In this document: piece by piece, positions 1 to 21,000 of the stretch | How positions within the stretch are numbered: position 1 is the stretch's first letter | How the letters are laid out: each line of letters opens with the position of its first letter | NCBI RefSeq assembly: GCF_009914755.1 | Contig: NC_060946.1 | DNA from: the human T2T-CHM13v2.0 reference genome, Homo sapiens | DNA length: 64,000 nt | Reading direction: 5' to 3' (one strand) | Position numbers and translations under genes: made by a program | Notes under the pieces: model-generated | Databases searched by the model: none | What the model was told of the DNA's origin: nothing | The model's input: the letters and a program-made list of their open reading frames with translations, nothing else

Positions 1-1534
1 CTGGTGGCAGGGGTCAGTGACTTGCTCAAGGTCACATGGCTAGTCTTGAACCCTGGCAAGGGGGCTACAGGGCCTGGCTCTTGACCCCAGCTGCCTCGGA
101 GCACAGAGGACCCCCAGGCAGGGGACAGCAAGAGCAAGCCCATGGGGCTGAGAAGGGGTGGCTTTCGGAGGACAGGCTTTTCGCTCACTTTTGCTTTTTG
201 CCTAAAAGCGGAGGGAAGAGCAAGCTGGAGGTGAGCAGACTCAGTTGAGTCCCCACCATGTGAGCTCCCGACTGTGCAACTCCACCTCTCCAAGCCTCAG
301 TCTTCCAGTCTATAAGATGGGGCTAAGATTCCCGCCTTGAAGCTTATGAAGACAAAACCCAATGCCTGGTGTATACCAGGTACTCAGGAAAGTGGGTTCC
401 TGTCCCCCCTCACACCCCTGGGGAGGTCAGGGACAGAGTCTGGAAAGGTCTGTTAGTCCAGGCCACCTTGTATACAGAGAGCAGGCTTGTCACTGGCCAG
501 AGGCATCCTCCAGAGAAGGAAATTCTTTGAACCTCCAGATGCTGATGGCACGGGGGTGACGGCGGTGATGAGGAGAATGGGGATGAGTATGAAGGCGGTG
601 ACGAAGAGGGTAATTCTGGTGACTAAGTTCTGGTCACTCCCTGACATTCAGGCAGGCCAGGACAGGCTTGGCTAAGCACTGAGCATAGCTCTGAGAGGCG
701 GGAGGTGGTGAGTGAGTGTCAGCACCCAGCTAACTCTGCTATGGGGATGATGCACCTGTCACTCTGTCACCTGACCGTGCCCCACCCTCGGGTCATGGCC
801 TTGATAATTCCCTCTGTCCCCGCTTTTGCTGCTCTGACGGAGCACATCCTGTGGGATTGGCTGCCCAGGAGGCCACATTTCCTAGAAGGGGAGACACCTC
901 CCTGAGGTCACACAACAAAGCTCGAGCAGGACAGGAACCCAGGGGTCCTGACTCTCTTGGGTTGTCCCTACCAGTCCCACCTCCTCCATGGAGTTCAGAG
1001 GTTGGACAGGAAGGCTGCAGTGAACCAATCCGTAGGCTGATTCCAGCTGAGCCCCTACTTTGTGTTGGCACCAGGAAGGGCCTGGAATTTGTCAAGACAG
1101 GGCCATCAGAGGATGCCCCTGTGAGCCATCCAGGAGGCAGAGGAGGGAGCAGGGTCAGCCTGCCAGGCTGGGGAAGGGCATTCCTAGAGGAAGGGAAGGC
1201 GAAGGCCAAGGGGTAGCAGGGACGGGCAAGGTATGGAGGTCTAGACGGAAGTAGAGGCTGCTGGGAGGCTGCTCCGAAGCTGCTCCTTGAGCTGGGTACA
1301 GGTGCCCACAGGGCTAGGGCAGGGCCTGCACAAGGAGTGATGGGAGAGGTCAGCGGGTCAAGTGCCAGGAGCCTTAAATGCCAGACCAAAGCCTCTGGAC
1401 TGTGTCTTGTAGACCACAGGGGTCCTAGCAGGTTTTTAGCAGAGGACAGAGCTCAGGGTCTTCCCAGATGGCAGGGATGTGCGTGACAGCTGGGGTAGGT
1501 GCAGGGCGGATGGTAAGACTCTAAGGCTCCCTGA

Positions 1535-1945
<411 letters not shown>

Positions 1946-1960
1946 TCTTTAATTTTTTAA

Positions 1961-2543
<583 letters not shown>

Positions 2544-2633
2544 AGGAAATAATTTTTAAAATTGCGGTAAAATACCTATCATATAAGATTTGTCATTTTA
2601 GCTGGTTTTAAGCGTAGGTTCTGTGGCACTAAG

Positions 2634-2849
2634 TTTTTTTTTTTGCGGGGGGGAACGGAGTTTCACTCTTGTTGCCTGGGCTGGAGGGCTGGAGTGCAAT
2701 GTCGTGATCTTGGCTCACTGCAACCTCTGCTTCCTGGGTTCAAGCGATTCTCCTGCCTCAGCTGGTGTTGAACTCCTGACCTCAGGTGATCTGCCTGCCT
2801 TGGCCTCCTAAACTGCTGGAATTACAGGCGTAAGCCACCGCACCCGGCC
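2634..2849 (-). mobile_element. AluS with internal deletion
   Basis: Antisense Alu flanked by gcactaagt repeats. Confidence 0.85.
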
Positions 2850-3166
2850 AGCACTAAGTATTAATACATCCACACTGCTGTGCTCCTCCCCCTACTGCCC
2901 GCCCCATCTCCAGAGCTTACAGGGAACCACACAACCAGTTCCTTTCCTGAAAGCTCAGAGGACAGGCTGCCTCCTCCAAGGAGTGATCCTGACTTCCCAG
3001 GCAGAGAATTTCTGCAATAAGCATTAGGCCTCCCCTGTCCCCAGATCCCTGCCCAGAACCCAAACACGGGTGGAGCCTCCACAGGGCTTCCCACCCAGCC
3101 TCCTGCTTCCACAGAACAGGATTCACTCTGGCCAGAGGAGGAAATTCTTTGAACTTCTTTGAAGTC

Positions 3167-3246
3167 CATGATGGTGATGATGATGATGACGGTGACGGTG
3201 ATGGTGATGAGAATAATGGTGATGGTGATGATGGAGAGGAGGAGGA
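3167..3246. repeat. (GAT/GGT)n trinucleotide-like simple repeat
   Basis: catgatggtgatgatgatgatgacggtgacggtgatggtgatg.. Confidence 0.9.
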
Positions 3247-4485
3247 ATCTCTGGCTCTCCTGCTGATGTCTTTCTCTGACCAGTACAGTCTCTGGAAGGC
3301 AGGATCATGTGTTTTCCCACCCTCTGCCAAAGATGGGAGCAGCCTGGGCTGGAATGCAAGGTGGCAGGAGCATACCACAGCTCTGTCACTACGATGGCAA
3401 CAGCCCCATCCCTGTCCCTCACAATGGCCCTGAGTGTGGCCCTGGTTGTCCCTGCCTGTGTCCTTCCTTGTCCCCCCAACCAGGGAGCTCCTGGAAGACT
3501 AGCCTGGGGTGCCCCCTTCACTGGCCCCCCAACATGGCCCCAGATCCAGTGGCTGTAGGGCCTTCCCAGTCTTGCCCTCACTTCCCAGCTGAGGAAGCTG
3601 TTCACACAGCCTTCCTGAGGCTGGGCCCCAGGCTGTCCCCAACATCAGCACTGGAACATGGGACCTGGGTGGGCTGAAGGGCCCTCGTTTCTTTTTTTGC
3701 TGTGAGTGGGAAGGGCTGGGGAAACTGAGGCACAGGTTAGTGTCTTCATTTGCCCAGGTCACCGTAGAAACCTACTCTCCTTGCTGCTCTCTGGACTCTG
3801 GGGCCACATAGGGAGGCGGCCTGCAGGGCCCCTGCCCAAGAGCCAGGTCAGACCGGAAGCTCAGTGCCGGGTGTAGGAGCTGAGCAGACCTGGGCTCAAA
3901 TTCCAGTCTGCTCACTCCTCTGGTGGTCACAGCGCCTTCCTCACCTGTCAGTGGGGTGCATGATAGTGCAGCCTCTCACACTGGCTGGAGCGGCCAGTAA
4001 GGCAAACACCCCAGGTCGGGCCCAGGCTCGAGGCGGGGGCTCAGTGAATATCCCCTCTACCTTCTTTTCCTGCCCGGAGGTCTGAAGGGGGCAGCCCAAT
4101 GGTATAGACGGGCCTGGAGAGAGGGTGGCTCAAGCCCTGGCCCCGCCTCTGGCCCTCTGTGACCTTCAGTATCTTCGTCGGCCTCTCGTGGCCACTGGGC
4201 TGTGTATGCAGGACAATATTCATTCTCAGGGTCTGCAAAGGCCACCCCCAGCCTTGTCCCTACCTCCTGAGGCGGGTGGAAGGGGCTGATGAAGGTCAGC
4301 CCAGAGATCTTGGAGTGAAAGGGGCAGAAGGCCCAGGGCTGGCTGCGGTGGACCCTCAGGAGGTGATGAAGCGAGGGTTGTCCCCCGAGTCCAGGGCCTC
4401 TGGAGCCTCTCCTTCCTGCTGTGTGCACGGGTCCATAAACAGAAGGGACCGCCAGTTCTGGTTCCATTAGACATCCAAAAAACAG

Positions 4486-4855
<370 letters not shown>

Positions 4856-5082
4856 TCAGCTCTGCCCTGTCCTCCATTTGAGGGCTTGGGCAAGTCCCCA
4901 TACCATTTGGGCCTCAGTTTCCCCATCTGGACATGAGGGTTTCCACTGGCCCAGAGTTGGGCTGGGAGTCAGGTGTGACCTCAGGGGACTCGTGGTGCTC
5001 TCCTGGCTCTTGGTCTCCACCTGGGCCTGGACTTTTCTGTGGGACCCATCAGGGACACTCAGCAAACACCCCTTTGCATTTG

Positions 5083-5402
5083 TTTTATTTATTTATTTAT
5101 TTTTATTATTTTATTTTATTTTGAGACACAGTTTGCTCTTGTTGCCCAGGCTGGAGTGCAATGGCACAATCTCGGCTCACTGCAACCTCCATCTCCCAGG
5201 TTCAAACATTCTCCTGCCTCAGCCTCTCGAGTAGCTGGGATTGCAGGCATGTGCCACCACGCCTGGCTAATTTTGTATTTTTAGTAGAAACGGGGTTTCT
5301 CCATGTTGGTCAGGCTGGTCTCGAACTCCCGATCTCAGGTGATCCGCCCGCCTCGGCCTCCCAAAGTGCTGGGATTACAGGAATGAGCCACCGCGCCCGG
5401 CT
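5083..5402 (-). mobile_element. AluS
   Basis: Antisense Alu with (TTTA)n tail. Confidence 0.93.
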
Positions 5403-6303
5403 GTTTGTTTTTATGTCTTCTTTTTTCTATTTGTTAATAAAGCTCGCTTGGGGTCAGATTGCTAGGACCAAAAAGGCCCTGGCAGACAGCCTAGTCCATT
5501 ATATAGACAGAGAAACTGAGGCTCTTGGGGCGAGGCAACCCGCCAGTGCCCTCCGGTCCAGCCCAGGCTGGGACCCGGGAATTCGGGCGGCGCTCGCCTG
5601 CTGCCCCCGTGTGGCCGCCGCGGGCGCTGCAGGCGGGTCCTGGTCACGCGGGGCGGGGCTGCTTCTCATTGCCAAGCCCAGGGCGGACGTGGGGAGCACC
5701 CATAGGGAGAAGGCCTGCCCTGGCCACCTGAGACTGCGACTCCGAGAAGTGCCCTGAACGAGTTCACCTCCGAAGGGAAACCAGGGACGCTTCCAGGAGG
5801 CAGTGTCCTTGGAGCAGGTGGTCGGGAGTGCTCCGGGCGCCCCACCTGGAGGAGTCCAGCCCTGGGACCAATTCTGCGCTGGCCTGAGAACAGCGAGGGC
5901 CTCGGAACCCGGCGGAGGGGTTCCAGCGGCTTGGTTGCTGTGGACTCCAGCGAATGCCTTAACCTCTCTGAGCCTCCTTTTTCTCAGCAAGAAATTGGTG
6001 TACACACACACACGCGCGCGTGCATACACACACCCTTCACAGGCTGTTGTGAAGATTAAGTTGGTATTCAAAGCATCGGGCCCAGCCCCGGGTTCCAGGT
6101 GGGTTGTGTTCAGCCTCTCCCCTCTCCATCCCTCCCTTGCAGGAGTTTGGGCTGGAACTGCTCCTCCCAAAGGTGTCTCCAGGCCCTGTCAAGGCCCAGG
6201 GACAGAGCTGGTACTAGCCCTGACCACACAGTGGGAGAGCTTCCTGTGTTTTCCCCTTCCCTTTGATGGGGTCAGGAGGTCTCCATCGAGTGCTAGCCGT
6301 CTA

Positions 6304-6639
<336 letters not shown>

Positions 6640-6697
6640 TCAGAGAGGCAGGTCCTGGGCCTTGGGCCCAGCACTGACCAGCAGGAGTACCTGGCTA

Positions 6698-7147
<450 letters not shown>

Positions 7148-7175
7148 TTAAAAACATGTTATTCTATAATTTTAA

Positions 7176-8182
<1,007 letters not shown>

Positions 8183-8189
8183 CTCCTGA

Positions 8190-9064
<875 letters not shown>

Positions 9065-9731
9065 GTCAGATATAGTTGCATAGAGTGAAGGCATTATCCA
9101 AATAGATTTTTCAGTGATTGTGCTTTTTAAAAAGCAGACACATTTACATAACAATGAAGAAGTGGAAATCCTTTGCATCTTTAACCAGTCTCTTACTCTC
9201 ATTCTCCTTCCCTCTTTTATAATCTTCCGTTTCAACTTAGGAAACTTATATTTCTCTATGCCAACTTTGTGAAACCATGCAGAATGGCTGTATCCAAAAT
9301 TGCATGACAACAAAAAATTGTGAAAATGTCTGTCAAATCCAGTTGTTTAATTCTTTTAAAACTATGAGTATGAAATTATTGTTATTCTACCACTTACTGT
9401 TTTGAAAAGAGTTCAAGGTTTTAGCTAGGTTATTTAATTGATGTTAAATCTGAGGGAGTTCCAAAAATGTGAAGAAAAAAAGAACACATAATTGTCCGAA
9501 GATTTAAGATCCTGAAATGTGATTCAGTAAACATAGTCATCTGTAGTTTCAACTTGGAAATTAAAAATGAGAAGATAACTCTTATCCTGTTTTGAGGAAA
9601 AAAAAAAGCCTATATTTAAAGGTTAATCTACATGTTCACAGAGTAATTAAGATTGTATTAAAATGTCTTTGTTTCTATTTAAAGTTTGTTATTCTATAAC
9701 ACAGTAGTTGCTTTTTTCTATAAGATCTTCA

Positions 9732-10030
<299 letters not shown>

Positions 10031-10497
10031 CCTTCAAGATAACAGTTTAATTTTAAAACAGTTGTTTAATGAAAAAAGGAAGGTTAGGGACTAGAGAATT
10101 TTTGAAACAATAATTATGATAGGAATATCAGTAACAAAATGTTTCTGAAGCTATAAATGTAAGCTAAAAATATAAACATCATTGACTAAATCCAGTCTTT
10201 GATTAGAACTAGTTTTTTCTCTATTAAGGCTCTTATTTTCTACTAGCACTAACTTGTACTCAACCCTTAGTACATATTCTCTCACTTTTTAGTAACCATT
10301 GTTATGATAAATTGAAAAGCCATTCAAATAAAATTTTGTGTGAATTAATCTGTTTGCCAGAGTGAAAAGAGTAGTAACAATAGGTAAACAGAACACTTGT
10401 GGCTCTAAGTCAGGGACTTAAAGTGGTGCGCTTAGCGGATAACGCTTCTGGTCACCTACAGTTTGTTTCTGAAAACTGAAAGGAGTTTCAGTGGTGA

Positions 10498-13377
<2,880 letters not shown>

Positions 13378-13392
13378 GTTAATTATTTTTAA

Positions 13393-13671
<279 letters not shown>

Positions 13672-13690
13672 TAAAAATAATCAAACTTAC

Positions 13691-13852
13691 CCTTCTACAA
13701 ATACTCGAAGAAGAACATCCATGAGAAAAAATAAGGCAATAGCTAGAGAAATAGAACGATACTCCAAAGGAATATAAAGTTTGCTGTCAGTGAAAATTAG
13801 GTCGGCAAGGACGAGAGTGACATCCAGTAAGACGAGGAAAACTCCAAATAGT
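13691..13852 (-). pseudogene. TPTE2-like exon, 162 nt, voltage-sensor helices S1-S2
   Basis: tttag|ACTATTTGGAGTT...GTAGAAGG|gtaag; [54 protein letters not shown]. Confidence 0.95.
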
Positions 13853-13855
13853 CTA

Positions 13856-13858
13856 AAA

Positions 13859-13905
<47 letters not shown>

Positions 13906-13906
13906 A
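13856..13906. repeat. (AAAT)n microsatellite, about 12 units
   Basis: Directly visible. Confidence 0.95.
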
Positions 13907-14995
13907 TGCAAAGATAAAGGGGCATTTGTCCCTATAGCTATACTATATTTAAGCCACTGATCAGGTACCAAAATGTTATTATTTAGTATTAAGCTGCCCA
14001 GTGGCAGGAAAAACTGTAATGCCTTAGAATCTCAGAAAAATCACTGTTTTCACCCAATAGAAGCAGTTCTTAATAAACAAAATTCTCACCAAACCACTTC
14101 AGAAGATATTATCATGGCCTTTTATAGTAGACACATCAGACCAACACCTCAAGAGAGAAAAAGTAAAACTGAATTAAAATCACCTGTGTCTGTTTACAAA
14201 CTCTTCTTAAAATGTGAGAATTTCATAAGAAGTTTATACCAACTTCTCATAAAAAATAAACCCTCATTAATCTGGATAATTCTAAAGAATTTATTAATAA
14301 AAACCAAATGAAAGCATGAGTAACATAAGCTCTTAAAAGACCAAGATTTTTCATCAGTGACATTTTCAACAAGTCCATGATTTCATCTTTATGGGTGCTT
14401 CGAGCAGAGTGATGGGCACATGAGTCTTGAACTCTAAAGTACCTCCTGCCACTTGCTGTTACATATTCCAAATACATTCTCCATAAATTGATTCGACTAT
14501 TTGCCTAATCTATGAAGGTGAATTAGTCTTTGAAGTACTTTTTTAAAAACTTGCAGCTCAAATTCAAATATTATTAATTCAAAAGGAAACAATTATATTG
14601 CATAAATCTATATCATATAGTATGAAATCTTACTCTTATGTAGTCTAAATAAATAGTTTCCAGAATTAAAGAGTAATTCCAGATGTATAAGGTACTAATA
14701 AAACACTTTACTAATAATTACAGAATTTTAACATTTGATTTTCATTAATGTTACTTTTGCAGATGGAAGAAAAACAATATGTTACTATTAATCTTAGGCA
14801 AAAGCCATTTATTTGCAATTCTTAATGTCCAGCTTAAACCAAAATTCCATGATAAATTAGATTACATTAGATGGGGCACATGGCTACTTAGCAACTGATG
14901 GACAGTGGAAATGCTTTTTTGTTATTTTATTTCAGTGTTTCTCATTGAAGTATTAAGTCTCATATATATATATATGTATGTATAGATATATATGA

Positions 14996-15314
<319 letters not shown>

Positions 15315-15345
15315 TAATACATGGTGTTTTCTGTGTCTCACATAC

Positions 15346-15396
15346 CCAAATGCAAAGGATGATACAATTGAATGCACAATTTTCTTAATCTTACTG
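15346..15396 (-). pseudogene. TPTE2-like exon, 51 nt
   Basis: ttttgcag|CAGTAAGATTAAG...GCATTTGG|gtatg; SKIKKIVHSIVSSFAFG. Confidence 0.93.
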
Positions 15397-16329
15397 CTGC
15401 AAAAAGAAGTAAAAATAAAATTAATCAGATTTCTTCTAACATATATTGTAAATTTAACCAAAAAACAAAGGCCCTTATAAATATAATTTTAAAAGAAAAT
15501 TATTCAGAAGTTGTATAACAAAATGCTTTTTACTAATAGCTAAAATGTTATTCTTCCTGCTCCATGAGTATTTTACTTGTTTACTATGCTATCCAGAAGA
15601 CAGTAAACTTTGGATGTTTAGTAACATTTCCATTGCATGCAAAGCCCCAACCCCAACTTTATGGCAATACTAAACTTAAACTTGTGGTCATCATCTCAAG
15701 GAGTATAGCATGAAGACAGAAAAGGGTGGTAGAAGAGAACTGTATTTTAATGCCAGCCTGGGCAAATCATCAAACTTTGGCCAGATCTCAGTTTCCACTG
15801 CAATAAAATAAGGTTTCAGGAATGAGCATAGGGAGTAAATGATGCTCTTGTCATCCCCTCAAACTAGACACCTAGTGAGCAGATATACATTAGCAAGAGT
15901 CGCATATGAGGTTGCAAATGAACTTCAGAGGTAAGACATTTTAGTAAGATATACTTCAAAGGAGAAACACCCGAAAGACTGGGCTCCTTCCATTAATCAA
16001 AGGAAGGAGAACCTGTTTGATGGAGCCTCCAATAATGCCTCATTTTACCTTATGGCTGGAGACAAGGTAGCTCATGAGGAACAATTTTTTTTGTCCTACT
16101 GAAGCCTCCTGTGTTGGAAGCTCTTCAGGAGGAGAAGCCTCCAACACAGGAGGCTTCAGTAGGAGAAGTCTTCAGGAAGTTTCTGTCATACTGAAGCCTC
16201 CAACACAGGACTCAAATTCCACCCCAAGAGCCATGAATCCTAAGACAATGCTCACAGCCTGTGCCTAAGACTGGAGAACAAAGAGGGCAGATACTGAGCA
16301 GAACTGGGGCACTGACAATTGGCCTTTGA

Positions 16330-17161
16330 CATGAACAGACATTTCTCAAAAGAAGACATGCATGTGGCCAACAAGCATATGAAGAAAAGCTCAATATCAC
16401 AGATTAGAGAAATGCAAATCAAAACCACAATGAGATACCATTTCACACCAGTCAGAATGGCTATTACTAAAAAGTCAAAAAATAACAGATGCGGGCAAGG
16501 TTGCAGAGAAAAGGGAACACTTACACATTGTTGGTGGGAGTGTAAATTAGTTCAACCACTGTAAAAAGCACTATGGCAATACCTTGAAGAGCTAAAAGCA
16601 GAACTATTTGACTGAGCAATCCCATTACTGAGTAGATACCCAGAGGAATACAAATCATTCTACTATAAAGATACATGCATATGAATGTTCACTGCAGCAC
16701 TATTTACAATAGCAAAGACATGGAATCAACCTAGGTACCCATCAATGACAGATTGGATAAAGAAAATGTGGTACATATATACCATGGAATACTATGCAGC
16801 CATAAAAAAAGAATGAGATCATGTATTTTGTGGGAACATCGATGGAGCTGGAGGCTCTTATCCTTAGCAAACTAGTGCAGAAAGAGAAAACCAAATACTG
16901 AATGTTCTCACCTATCAGTGGTAGCTAAATCATAAGGACTGATGAACACAAAGAAGGAAATAGACACTGGGGTCTACTTGAGTGGGGAGGGCAGGAGGAG
17001 AGAGAGGAGCAGAAAAGATAACTATTTGGGTACTGAGCTTAATACCTGGATGATGAAATAATATGTAAAAAAAAAAAAAAAACACCTCCCTGACACAAGT
17101 TTACCTATGTAACAAACCTCACGTGTACCTCCAAACCTAAAATAAAAGTTAAAAAAAACAA
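16330..17161 (+). mobile_element. 5'-truncated older L1P
   Basis: MNRHFSKED.. ORF2 end and 3' UTR; TSD aattggcctttga at 16317-16329 and 17162-17174. Confidence 0.93.
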
Positions 17162-17898
17162 AATTGGCCTTTGATGAATGATGTTAGGTTAACCTGAGAT
17201 AAAGGAAATCCCCAATCCTTCTAATCTTCCCCTCTCCACCTGGACCCACCACCTCCACCCAGGCTTGGAGAGTTAAGGCTGATATAGATGGAGGATCAAT
17301 TGGCCAAAAGAGGTGAATTCTCTCCTCAAGTTGCCATTCCCTTACTACAAGAACCTCTGATCCCACACAGTCTACTAGATCTCTGGGTATCAAGGAAATG
17401 TCATAAATCTGAACTCACTTGACAATGTCACCATACAGAACCAAGTCTGACAGATTACGAAGGCATGAAGAAGTGGCTTGGGTGGCTTTAGCCCCTTAAT
17501 CTGTTTGAGTGTCCCCTGAAACTATACCAAGTAAATACACAATTGAGACTTTTTTGGTTAAAAAGGTATACTATGTAAATGCAGCTTCAAGCAGTTATGT
17601 GCAGAGTTTGCAGGGAAATAACTATGACTCAGTAAATCCATACCCAGGAAAAGTACGGTTCACACTCGGGAACAACAGACAGATACTCCAACATGAAGCA
17701 ACACGAAGCATAGCCTCCATGTACCTTTCCTAAAAACAATTACTCAAAGTGCTTGAGTCAGCTGAGCAATGAATCAAAATGAAGAACACAGAAATAAGGA
17801 AGATGACTTACAGAGAAAAGATGATAAATAATATAAACTCAAAATTAGGTAAGTCTAAATAATAATTGTTAATGTAGCATAAAAATGTAGCAGGTGAA

Positions 17899-18946
17899 CA
17901 AAAGCAATGGCAACAAAAGCCAGAATTGACAAATGGGATCTAATTAAACTAAAGAGCTTCTGCACAGCAAAAGAAACTACCATCAGAGTGAACAGGCAAA
18001 CTACAGAATGGGAGAAAATTTTTGCAATCTACTCATCTGACAAAGGGCTAATATCCAGAATCTACAAAGATCTCAAACAAATTTACAAGAAAAAAACAAA
18101 CAACCCCATAAAAAGGTGGGCAAAGGATATGAACAGACACTTCTCAAAAGAAGACATTTATGCAGCCCACAGACACATGAAAAAATGCTCATCATCACTG
18201 GCCATCAGAGGAATGCAAATCAAAACCACCATGACATACCATCTCACGACAGTTAGAATGGTGATCATTAAAAAGTCAAGAAACAACAGGTGCTGGAGAG
18301 GATGTGGAGAAACTGAACACTTTTACACTGTTGGTGGGACTGTAAACTACTTCAACCATTGTGGAAGACAGTGTGGCGATTCCTCAAGGATCTAAAACTA
18401 GAAATACCATTTGACCCAGCCATCCCATTACTGGGTATATACTCAAAGGATTATAAATCATGCTGCTATAAAGACACATGCACACGTATGTTTATTGCAG
18501 CACTATTCACAATAGCAAAGACTTGGAACCAACCCAAATGTCCAACAATGATAGATTGGATTAAGAAAATGTGGCACATATACACCATGGAATAATAAGC
18601 AGCCATAAAAAAGGATGAGTTCATGTCCTTTGTAGGGATATGGATGAAGCTGGAAACCATCATTCTCAGCAAACTATCGCAAGGTCAGAAAACCAAACAC
18701 TGCATGTTCTCACTCACAGGTGGGAATTGAACAATGAGAACCCTTGGACACAGGAAGGGGAACATCACACACCAGGGCCTGTCATGGGGTGGGGGGATGG
18801 GGGAGGGATAGCATTAGGAGATACGCCTAATGTAAATGACGAATTAATGGGTACAGCACACCAACATGGCACATGCACGAATATGTAACAAACCTGCACA
18901 TTGTGCACATGTACCCTAGAACTTACAGTATAATAATAAAAGAAAA
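17899..18946 (+). mobile_element. 5'-truncated L1PA
   Basis: ORF2 C-terminus [18 protein letters not shown].., 3' UTR, A-tail; TSD gtagcaggtgaa at 17887-17898 and 18947-18958. Confidence 0.95.
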
Positions 18947-19478
18947 GTAGCAGGTGAAAATGTAAATAAATGATTCTGAAAGTAAAGATAATATAAAATC
19001 ATGAATAATAGTATTGATTTGAATTTTTAGGCATTCTTACACTAGGATTCAAGGTGTGGAAGAAGATAGAAGTAAAGGCAGGTTGCATTTCTTATCTTTC
19101 ACAGGTACAAGTCCAGTTTTATTCTCGATATTGATGGATAAAATGGTATAATTATGTTTTCTAAACATTTAAATATAAACATTGATAGACTAGAAATGGG
19201 CTTCTGACTTGCATATCAACAAAAAATGCAAGGGATAAAAACAAATCAATTAATTGCAAAATATAGACAAATTTACAAAGAAAATATCAAAGTATTTTTA
19301 ATAAAGAAAAAGATGATAAATAAAACCAAACGTACCAGAAATCATAAATACAAACATATTACTCTCATACTGCATATTGAGAAATACTCTCAGATAACTT
19401 TGAAATTAAAGGCATTACATGCTATACACGAGAGACAAAAACTAAATTTAAATGACAATTCAAAAATAAAGAGATAGA

Positions 19479-19775
19479 GGCCAGGCACGGTGGCTCACGC
19501 CTGTAATCCCAGCACTTTGGGTGGCCAAGGTGGGTGGATCATGAGGTCAAGAGATCGAGACTATCCTGGCCAACATGGTGAAACTCCATCTCTACTAAAA
19601 ATACAAAAAATTAGCTGGGCGTGGTGGTGCGTGCCTGTAGTCCCAGCTACTCACGAGGCTGAGGCAGGAGAATCACTTGAACCTGGGAAGCGGAGGTTGC
19701 AGTGAGCTGAGTGGCGCCACTGCACTCCAGCCTGGTGACAGAGCGAGACTCCGGCTCAAAAAAAAAAAAAGAGAG
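19479..19775 (+). mobile_element. AluS (Sc-like)
   Basis: Alu dimer. Confidence 0.92.
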
Positions 19776-20099
19776 AGAAAAAAAGATATGAGATACTAAA
19801 CCTTAAAACACTTAAAAGTTCCAATATTAATATCAAAGTTGAATTAAAAGCAAAAATATTAACTATGAACATGACTCATTTTTTATCAATAGAAGGTGGA
19901 AGCTACATGACACTAACAAGACCATGTTTAATGAAATGGGATTTGTATTGAAGGCAGGTGCTATCTCTCCCACTGGACACATTTTTCTCTTGTGCAGACT
20001 CTGGGGGTAGGGAGGTGGCCATGATGAAAAGCACGAAAAACACTGTAGTGACTCTGGTCTTCCTGCTCCCTCTAGATCACTAAAACAGGGTAAGGACAA

Positions 20100-21000
20100 T
20101 ACAGGGGGATGACATGTTCATGCTGAAAAAACTATGAGTCACTTAGGAGAAAAGTAAATTTCTACACTTTATACCTTAAGACAAAGTAAATTCAGGGCAG
20201 ATATTTTATTTAAATGAAGAAAATAAATTCAAAACAGAAATTTTGGTGAATATGTTTAAAATCTTGGGGTAAGAAGGACTTTCTGAGAATAACATTAAAG
20301 GCAAAATCACAAAGAAAAGTACAGATACATTTGATTACATGAGGATGAAATGCTTTTATATAGTGAAAAGCAAGACAACCTGGGAGAAATTGCTTATATT
20401 ACATAAAATAGAAAAAGGATCAATAGATTTAACTTTTCAGTCCAAAGACAGAAAAGGATAAATGAAGGTGTGTCAAAGAACGTGCATTAGAACAAATATA
20501 TTTACTAATATCAGAGAAATCAATGATGGCTAGTGTTAAGTGTGGGAGGGGAGAAATGTACACTTTGCATCTTGATGTTAAAGCACATATCAGTATCAAT
20601 AGCGTCACAATCATTCCCTTTGACACAGAATTTCCACTTCTGAGAATTTATAACAAGCAAATAACCAACAATATACAGAGATTTAGCCTCAAATATATTC
20701 ATTTTTGTAACAGTTAAAAACTTGTAAAAAACTTAATTGTTCAGCAATATCTGACTATTAAATAAATTATATATAGCACATCTACACCATGAAATATCAC
20801 ACAACTGTTACAAATAATGTTGTAAGTGCACATGAATATATATTAACAAAAAAAATGATGTCATTAATAAGGTTATTTACAAAAGAATAAGTATGGTCTC
20901 ATATCTGTAAACAAAAAAAGTATATGCTTGAAGAACTTAGAAGTGCATGCATCAAAGCTTAAGAATGACTATATGTGGGTAGATTTGTTGATTGTATTTT
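20100..21000 (+). mobile_element. Highly diverged L1ME-like fragments
   Basis: Degenerate ORF2-end motifs (ccctttgacacagaatttccacttctgagaatt). Confidence 0.5.

Noticed and set aside
2917-3605. ORFs with poly-His, poly-Ser and poly-Asp runs
   Set aside because: All are readings of one (GAT/GGT)n simple repeat; no splice or homology support.
13853-13971. N-terminal extension [14 protein letters not shown] on the TPTE ORF
   Set aside because: Intronic (TTTA)n read in frame upstream of the true acceptor.
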